Part shown: piece after piece, positions 17,401 to 24,613 of the stretch
How positions within the stretch are numbered: position 1 is the stretch's first letter
Layout of the letters: each line of letters starts with the position of its first letter
Assembly: GCA_963674945.2 (NCBI GenBank)
Contig: CAXXWQ010000002.1
Span: forward strand, 448,001 to 512,000
DNA from: an uncultured Desulfosarcina sp.
Lineage (GTDB): Bacteria > Desulfobacterota > Desulfobacteria > Desulfobacterales > Desulfosarcinaceae
Direction: 5' to 3'
Length of the DNA stretch: 64,000 nucleotides
Program-made: the position numbers and the translations under genes
The notes under the pieces: model-generated
Told to the model about the DNA's origin: nothing
Database searches by the model: none
The model's input: only the letters and a program-made list of their open reading frames with translations

Positions 17401-19329
17401 GCGGTCCTGATCATCATAGACCCAGGTTGCCAGGAGATGACCCATTGTGTCGGTTTTTTTCGTCAGGTTATTGATAAACGGCGCCGTATCCGCATCGTCG
17501 TAGTCGTAGACAAAACCGGAACCGTCGGCAAACGTCGCCGTAGTGAGGTTTTTGTTCTCATCGTAGTCGTAGGCGACCTGGATGCCCCCGTCCAAGATGC
17601 CGGACAACAGTCGGATCGACGTGAGAAAACCATCCGTATAGGCAAACACCAGGGAACGGCCGCTGGCCTCATCGATGACGGTTTCGATCAACCCGGGTTC
17701 GGTTGTACCATAGACCATGGTCCGACGGTTTCCCATATGGTCGGTGATATACAGCAATTGGCGGGTTGTTGCATCGAAAGTATACGTGTTGCCGTTCTCG
17801 CGTTCCCAGATATAGGTGTCATCCCGGGCGATGAGATTGGTCCTCTCCTGGAACAATGGAAGTATGGTTCCGGTATTCGGATCCTCTTTGAAATAACGTC
17901 CAAAACCGGTATCATCCAGAATCAACAGATACTCGCTATCCACACCCGTCACCGATTGCAGCGTGATATTGTAGTTATGGGTCCAGCCGTATCCCATGGG
18001 GCTGACAACTTCGCTCCGGCTGTTGTAGAATCTTTTAAAGATCAGACCGCCGGCAAAGGGAGACGGTACGTCGAGATCCGCTTCTGATTCAACCAGATTA
18101 CCGGTATAGATAGAGACGGGATCACCTTTTTCGGCCACATTATTGCAATTTATCTTACCCTTGGGATCTCGTCCCAGATCCAGAGGGATGTATTCGCATC
18201 CATCCGCTGCATTGCCGTATCCCTGCGGGCAAGCATCCATACAGTCATTGATCCCGTCGCCGTCATAGTCCAGACCGTAGGCGCCGGGATCCTGGCAGCC
18301 GACGATAAACAATACAGACTTGATCGTTCTACTTCCATTGGTGGATACAGCCTTCAAACTCAATGAGTGAAAGCCGTCTTCCCAATAGCCGTACAAGGCT
18401 GGATCCAATTCTCTATAATTTTCGTTGTCCGTGTTGAAGCTAAAAGTGTAATCTGTTCCATTGATCGTTTTGGACGTCCTTTGTTTTCCATCGAGGTAAT
18501 ACGTAATCGTGCCTTCCGCACCGACTGGATTTTCCTTAAATGACACCGACCCTGTAAAATCAAATTTTCCGGATATTTTCTCATTGGGAGAAGGCGTGGA
18601 TATGGTAATTTCCGGTGTGTTGTCTACAATAAACGTTGCTGTCTTCTCACTTTTTGTTCCATTCTTGGCAACTGCCCTGACCGTTACCGTGTGCGGACCA
18701 TTGGTCATTCTTCCCGCATTGAGTTTTGTGGTCGGATTTGCCGTGTTATAGCTGAATGGAATTTCTGTGCCTTCGCAGTATTTGCTTAATCGCATCGAAC
18801 CGTCCAGATAAATATAAATCTCCCCCTCAGCACCCTCGGGGTTATCTTTGAAATTGACGAGCCCTGAGATATCGAACTCTCCTGCCACTTCTTCACCAGG
18901 AAATGGGGTGTTTACGTAAACATCCGGAGTGTTGTCGACATTGATCGAGACAGAATCGGTACTTGAATTGTCTTTGCAATCCGTTGCCCTTGCGACGAAT
19001 GTATGTGTTCCGTTCTGCATCCTGGCGGTATTTACCCCATAGGAACAAAATGCGCTGCCGTTTCCTTCATCAGAACACCAATGGGATCCGTCTCGATACC
19101 CAACTAATGTTCCATGACTATTATCATGACAGGCCGGTGGATCATCGGGGCTGCAAAACTCGTAGGTGGAAAAGGACGCCGCATTGCTGACGGTTATCAA
19201 TCCTTCGGTTGCAGACAAAGAAACTGAAGCGCTGGTGGCAAGGGCTATTTCTGAAACACCCCATATGACAGAAAAAGCGAGGATAAAATAAAATGGTTTT
19301 CTTTTTCTAATGTTGTTTTTACAGGTCAT
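11434..19329 (-). CDS. Rhs/YD-repeat polymorphic toxin-like protein: signal peptide, 3 Ig-like domains, Rhs core with an 11-repeat insertion, 128-aa C-terminal tip
   Basis: Probable ATG 19329 after GGAG; [10 protein letters not shown]...FKRFYNS...MGYGWTHNY core start; many YD repeats; NDHLGTP...YRPFG...NNFRFPGQ...[50 protein letters not shown] core end. Confidence 0.95.
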   Translation of the reverse strand: [2631 protein letters not shown]

Positions 19330-19504
19330 GTTTTTCTCCGATATTCCCCGGTGGAGGAGATAATTCATGCAAGAACGGATTTTCTGATGGAATCCAGTGG
19401 AGAATCGAATCGGAGGGAGAACATACCTGGTGTGGTGGAACTGGAACGCAATGCCTGGTAGTACTTAAAACGGATTTTACATATGATCTTTTTTATGGCT
19501 TTCC

Positions 19505-19521
19505 AGCAAGCGTCATGCCAA
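19505..19521 (-). promoter_or_regulatory. sigma54 promoter upstream of rhs
   Basis: Minus strand TTGGCATGACGCTTGCT, near-perfect TGGCA-N6-TTGC. The palindrome GTCGCTGCAGCGAC at 19649-19662 is placed like an enhancer site. Confidence 0.75.
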
Positions 19522-19779
19522 AGCAGAAAGCGTCGAAATCCGGGTATGGACGGTTCGGTTCTTCGGGGCCCTTTGGAAGGGGGGATAAGCGTCGTGATCC
19601 CTGAGGACCGCAGGCGTCAGAAGCCGGTATGCAAGAACCAGGATGTGTGTCGCTGCAGCGACTGGATAAAATGGATCGCGCCGGAGGCAATATCTGAACC
19701 GTGCTACGCGTTAAATTTTTCATACAGGAATGGAAACGAAAATCTACTTCTTCTGCTTCTTCGATCGAACGGTTTTTCC

Positions 19780-20628
19780 TTATTGTTCCTTGATAAAGGT
19801 GCCGTCCCGGTAATCGCGAAATGCCGTCTCCAACTCCGCTTCGGTATTCATGACGATCGGTCCCCGCCAGGCCACCGGTTCGTTTAAGGGTTTTCCGGTC
19901 AGCAACAAAAATCGCAAGGGTTCGTCTCCCGCGTGGACAACCAATTGCTCGCCATCATCAAACAGCACCGCCTTGCCGTTCTTGATTGTCTGGCCATCGG
20001 TTTGCCCGACACCTCCAATGACATAGATGAAGGCCGTGTAACCGGGCACCGTTGGATGAACAAAGGTTTGGCCGGTCGATACCGTACAGTCGAGATATTC
20101 CGGATCGATGACGATGTCGTCCACGGGCCCCCGGACACCGCCGACAGAACCGGCAATCACCTTGATCGTCGTCCCGTTGACCTGTTCGACCACCGGTATC
20201 TGCGCGGCGGTAATGTCGCGGTAGCGGGGAGCCATCATCTTTTGGGCCGCCGGCAGGTTGGCCCACAACTGAAAACCATACATTGCGCCGCCGGCATCGC
20301 CCTTTGGCATCTCCTGATGAATGATGCCGCTGCCGGCAGTCATCCACTGGACGTCCCCGGAAGAGATGATCCCCTTGTTGCCCAGGCTGTCCCCGTGTTC
20401 CACATCGCCCTTGAGCACGTATGTGATCGTTTCGATGCCCCGGTGGGGATGCCAGGGAAAGCCTTTGCGATAATGGTCGGGGGTATCGGAACGAAAATCG
20501 TCGAGCATCAGAAACGGGTCGAAGCGGGGGGATTGGCCATAGCCAAAAACACGATTCAGGTGAACCCCCGCTCCCTCCAGCGTCGGTTGCCGGGTCAGCA
20601 TCGATTGAATCTTGCGAGTCGTCTTCAT
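19780..20628 (-). CDS. Pirin family protein
   Basis: ATG 20628 after GGAGGAGG; EGAGV, DPFLMLD, GFPWHPHRGIETITY, HGDSLGN, QWMTAGSGIIHQEMP, GPIVMNT. Confidence 0.95.
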   Translation of the reverse strand: MKTTRKIQSMLTRQPTLEGAGVHLNRVFGYGQSPRFDPFLMLDDFRSDTPDHYRKGFPWHPHRGIETITYVLKGDVEHGDSLGNKGIISSGDVQWMTAGSGIIHQEMPKGDAGGAMYGFQLWANLPAAQKMMAPRYRDITAAQIPVVEQVNGTTIKVIAGSVGGVRGPVDDIVIDPEYLDCTVSTGQTFVHPTVPGYTAFIYVIGGVGQTDGQTIKNGKAVLFDDGEQLVVHAGDEPLRFLLLTGKPLNEPVAWRGPIVMNTEAELETAFRDYRDGTFIKEQ

Positions 20629-20710
20629 TTCTTCCTCCTCCGTTACAAAATCCAGTTGGCAAATTCTATGGCAGCATGCTTGCCGATGCAAACTTGAATT
20701 TGACTCCAAG

Positions 20711-20790
20711 AAAAACGCCCGATACCGGCGTTTCGCTTCATCCCTCCTCGCTGCGACATATTTTTCTGTACGTCGCATTCCTCGGGATTG
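20711..20790 (+). repeat. Partial copy of dispersed palindromic element family A
   Basis: CCGATACCGGCGTTTCGCTTCATCCCTC..CGCTGCGAC.TA...TACGTCGCATTCCTCGGGA matches the core of 37824-37948 and 62043-62167. Confidence 0.75.
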
Positions 20791-21129
20791 AACATGAATG
20801 TTCGCCGTAGGGATAAAAAGCGTTCCCCTTGTTTCCGTCTATCTGCAAAGAAAATAAGAACGAGTTTCTTGCATGCGATTGTTTGGCCATATCTGCCCTG
20901 GAAAAGCTTTTTGCGAAGCCGCCCGAAAAGTGACTTCTTATGGGTGTATCAATTGTCTGGCAAATGAAAAAAGAAGCATGGGGAATGCGGCCCGTAAATC
21001 ACCCGTGCTCGCCGGAGTCCCTTTTTTGCAAGCTTTGTGCAATGTGTCGTTTGGGGCTGGCACAACGATACAAATTATCGTTGCTGAAGAGAGTGGAAGC
21101 TTTGTACGATACGACCGTTTCAATGATCA

Positions 21130-21360
21130 TCATTCGATGATCTCGAGAACCGTTCTTTTTTTCACCTTTGACGAGACCGCACTCAAGATCGTCCGGATCG
21201 CCTGGGCCGTTCTTCCCTGCTTACCGATAACCTTACCCAAATCTTCCTTGGCCACCGTTAATTCGAGTACGGTGGTCTGATTCCCCTCCACTTCCTCGAC
21301 GGTGACATCATTTGGCCTGTCCACAAGACTCTGTGCGATATACGTCACGAGTTCCTTCAT
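21130..21360 (-). CDS. khpA: KH-domain RNA-binding protein, KhpA family
   Basis: [19 protein letters not shown]...[28 protein letters not shown]...VLEIIE; AGGAG RBS. Confidence 0.9.
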   Translation of the reverse strand: MKELVTYIAQSLVDRPNDVTVEEVEGNQTTVLELTVAKEDLGKVIGKQGRTAQAIRTILSAVSSKVKKRTVLEIIE

Positions 21361-21734
21361 CAAATCCTCTCCTTTTCCATTTATCCAAGTAGTGTTCCAT
21401 TCATATTCGGTATCGTATGAATCTTGAATTACGTATCTGGTTGTGATGAATAGGGGTAAATCGTTCGGCCTGTTGACGAACCAGATAACAAAGCATATTC
21501 ATATGACGTTAAACTATATGAAACGGATAGCAAATAACAACACTATATTGTTATATATATACCACGTTTATAAATAAAGTAGTAAATTTTTGTTTTTCGT
21601 TTGCGATTGTTTGAAAACTACTTTTTTTTATTGAAAAATGTTGTATTAAAGCAGGCTGAACTGGTTATGTCTTGTCTCGAGTTGCGTTGCACACGAGACC
21701 CCGTCGGGAGGCAGCGGTGGGGGGAAATGGGAAG

Positions 21735-23126
21735 ATGAAGGATTTTCGTTGGGCATACGGTTTTACCCCTTTCGTGTTTTGGATTTTATTATCGTGCACC
21801 GCCTTTCACCCACAAGTGTTGGAGGATGCGGCGGGGACGGTACCCGAGACCTACGGGTTATACGATTCCGGACCTTATGTGCCCTCACCCTGGTGGGAAT
21901 CCATTGCGTCGGTGGAACTTTCCCGCCTGATCGACGAAGCCTTGACCGGAAGCTTCACCATCCAGGAGGCATGGGCCCGATTGTCCCAGGCCCGGTCCAT
22001 TGCAAGAAGGGTGGGTGCCGATCGGTACCCTGACATCACCGCAGGCGGAGATGCCCAAGCGACCCGTATGGCAACGCCTCCTGCTTCCGGATCCACGGGG
22101 GCGCAAGATGTTTCCCTGTGGTTTGCCGGAAGTTACGAACTGGACCTGTGGGGGCGTGTTCGAGGTGAGCGGGAAGCCGCATCTTTGGACGCTGTGGCTT
22201 CCCGGGAGGACCTTTTGACGGCGATGTTGACCGTGTCGGGGGAAGTGGCCGATCGATGGGTGCAGATCCTCTCCCAACGGCTGCAGATGCAATTGCTCGA
22301 AAAACAATTGGAAAACAATCTGACCTTTCTGGAGCTTATCGAGCTTCGGTTCGACAAGGCAATGGTTTCGGCATTGGACGTGTACCAGCAGAAACAGGCG
22401 GTGGAAAGCGTTCGTGCGCGAATTCCCCTGGTGAAAGCCCAGATCCAGCTCCTGCAGCATGAATTGGCGGTCCTATTGGGACGCCCCCCGCGAACCGACC
22501 TCGGTCTGACCCAAGGGCAGATGCCCGTGCTGGGGGCACTTCCCGCTGTCGGACTGCCGGCGGATCTGTTGGCCAATCGTCCGGACGTTCGGGCCGCCGG
22601 CATACGACTGCAATCGGCACAATGGCAAGTATCCGCCGCAAGGGCCAATCGTCTTCCCTCCATTTCACTTACAGCCGGTGCCCAGTACGGCCCGAGCGAT
22701 TTGGATCTGTTGTTCGATACCTGGCTGCTCCGTCTTGCCGCCAATCTCACGGCACCGGTTTTCGACGGCGGACGGCGCGTGGCCGAGGTGGATCTGGCCC
22801 GCGCCCGGATGGACGAAAATCTGTGGGCCTACCGTCAAACGGTGGTAACGGCAATCAGGGAGGTGGAGGATGCCCTGGTCAACGAGACAACGCAGCGGGA
22901 GCATCTTCATGGCCTCGAGGCGGTGAAGTCGGCGGCGGAAAAAGGGCTCAAGGAAGCCATTTCCCGATATCAAAGCGGACTCAGCGACTACTTGCCCGTA
23001 CTCACCCAATTGCTCACCGTGCAGGACCTGGAACGGAATCTGATCGACCAGCGGGCGCAGTTGATCCGCTATCGTATCGGTTTGCACCGGGCGCTGGGGG
23101 GCGGGCTACTGGCCGATTCGCAATAG
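21735..23126 (+). CDS. RND efflux outer-membrane lipoprotein (TolC/NodT/OprM family)
   Basis: Lipobox LLSC; WW....EL..LI.EAL, SYELDLWGRVR, GLPADLLANRPDVRAA, YRQTVVTAIREVEDAL, L.RALGGG. Confidence 0.92.
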   Translation: MKDFRWAYGFTPFVFWILLSCTAFHPQVLEDAAGTVPETYGLYDSGPYVPSPWWESIASVELSRLIDEALTGSFTIQEAWARLSQARSIARRVGADRYPDITAGGDAQATRMATPPASGSTGAQDVSLWFAGSYELDLWGRVRGEREAASLDAVASREDLLTAMLTVSGEVADRWVQILSQRLQMQLLEKQLENNLTFLELIELRFDKAMVSALDVYQQKQAVESVRARIPLVKAQIQLLQHELAVLLGRPPRTDLGLTQGQMPVLGALPAVGLPADLLANRPDVRAAGIRLQSAQWQVSAARANRLPSISLTAGAQYGPSDLDLLFDTWLLRLAANLTAPVFDGGRRVAEVDLARARMDENLWAYRQTVVTAIREVEDALVNETTQREHLHGLEAVKSAAEKGLKEAISRYQSGLSDYLPVLTQLLTVQDLERNLIDQRAQLIRYRIGLHRALGGGLLADSQ

Positions 23127-23141
23127 GCAATCGGGGAACCA

Positions 23142-23279
23142 CAGGAGTCAGAATCCAATATTCAGGAGCCAGAATAAGTCTGATGTCGCTTCGCTCCGTC
23201 GATTGGATAAGATGGATCGAGACGAAGGCGAATACCTTCTTCTGAATACTGGATTCCGACTCCTGGATTCTTGTAACAA
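23142..23279 (-). repeat. Dispersed element family B (about 140 bp, heptamer-repeat arms), copy 1
   Basis: Reverse complement of 28451-28588; arms GGAGTCA GAATCCA ATATTCA GGAGCCA and TTCTGAA TACTGGA TTCCGAC TCCTGGA. Confidence 0.9.
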
Positions 23280-23308
23280 TATCACGGCAGAGCAATCAGT
23301 CTTTTGAC

Positions 23309-24613
23309 ATGGCCCTAAGTACGAGGTTTTCTGGACTAAAAAAGAAAATGAAAGACAAGAACGTGACATCATCGAATCCATCCACCGGCGAGCCTGTCAA
23401 TAAATCGTGGCGCCGGGTTGCCCACTTTTTTTTATGCCTGGTCATCGTGGTTGTGGGGCTTGGCGTTGCGCAATACCTGAAGAAAACCGCTCCCAAGGCC
23501 CAAAGGCGCGCACCCGAGCGAACGCTTTCCCAGGTGAAGACGATAACCCTTCGTCCAGGCGATCACCGGATTACTGTCAGTGCCATGGGATCGGTCGTCC
23601 CTGCCCGGGAGTTGACCGTAAAGTCCCGGGTTTCCGGCCAGGTGCAATCCCTTCACCCCGATTTCGTTGTCGGCGGAACCGTGGCAAAGGGGCAGCGTAT
23701 GTTGAAGATCGATTCCCAGGATTACCAGTTGGCCCTGGCACGCAAAGAGAGCGAGGAGGTCAATGCCCAATACGAGCTCAAGGTGGAGATGGGCTATCAG
23801 GATGTCGCCGAAAGGGAGTGGAAGCTGCTGAATCCCGGTAAATCAAAGGATTCGGAAGATGCGGAACTGGCACTCAGAAAGCCCCACCTGGCCAAGGCCC
23901 GTTCGGATCTCGCCGCGGCCCGGGCCGAATTGGAGATGGCCCGGCTCGACCTGTCACGCACCGATATCACGGCGCCCTTCAATGCCTTCGTTCGGGAAAA
24001 ATTCGTGGAGGTGGGATCCCAGGTCTCCACCCAGGATGTGCTGGCCGAGCTCGTGGGCACGGACGAATACTGGATCCGTGTCTCTCTGCCCGTCGACCGG
24101 CTTCGTTGGATTCACATCCCCACCGATGGATCCCAGGCCGGATCTTTGGCGACGATCCAATATCGGGGTCACAGCAGAGAAGGCCGCGTGATTCGGATGC
24201 TCGGCGACCTGGAGGCCGAGGGGCGAATGGCCCGGATTCTGGTTTCGGTAAAAGATCCCCTGGGCCGGAAAGATACAACGAAACAAACCGCACCGCTTCT
24301 CATCGGCGAGTATGTCCGGGTGGAAATACAGGGAGACTACCTGAAAGATGTAATTCCCATCCCTCGAACCGCACTTCGCGATAACGATACGGTCTGGCTG
24401 GTGGATGAGAAAAACATCCTTCGGATCCGGTCCGTCGAGACCGTATGGCGGGATGAGGGAATCGTTTACATGCAGAACCATGTCACTTCCGGGGATCGCC
24501 TCATCGTGTCCGATCTGGCCGCTGTCGTGGAGGGCATGCCGGTGGCCGTGCAAGGGGATGAACCGGCATCCGAAAAGCCGGCACATGAGAAGAAAGACAC
24601 CGAAAATGGATAA
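23309..24613 (+). CDS. RND efflux periplasmic adaptor (membrane fusion protein); start may be 23348
   Basis: N-terminal TM helix; G.VVPARE..VKSRVSGQV, G..V.KGQ..LKID..DY, L.RT.ITAPFN, IPRTALR. Confidence 0.92.
   Translation: MALSTRFSGLKKKMKDKNVTSSNPSTGEPVNKSWRRVAHFFLCLVIVVVGLGVAQYLKKTAPKAQRRAPERTLSQVKTITLRPGDHRITVSAMGSVVPARELTVKSRVSGQVQSLHPDFVVGGTVAKGQRMLKIDSQDYQLALARKESEEVNAQYELKVEMGYQDVAEREWKLLNPGKSKDSEDAELALRKPHLAKARSDLAAARAELEMARLDLSRTDITAPFNAFVREKFVEVGSQVSTQDVLAELVGTDEYWIRVSLPVDRLRWIHIPTDGSQAGSLATIQYRGHSREGRVIRMLGDLEAEGRMARILVSVKDPLGRKDTTKQTAPLLIGEYVRVEIQGDYLKDVIPIPRTALRDNDTVWLVDEKNILRIRSVETVWRDEGIVYMQNHVTSGDRLIVSDLAAVVEGMPVAVQGDEPASEKPAHEKKDTENG

Noticed and set aside
20980..21030. Possible structured RNA (GGGGAATGCGG...CCGGAGTCCCTTTTTT) between pirin and khpA
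   Set aside because: The stem is imperfect and matches no riboswitch or ncRNA I can recognise; an Rfam search would be needed.
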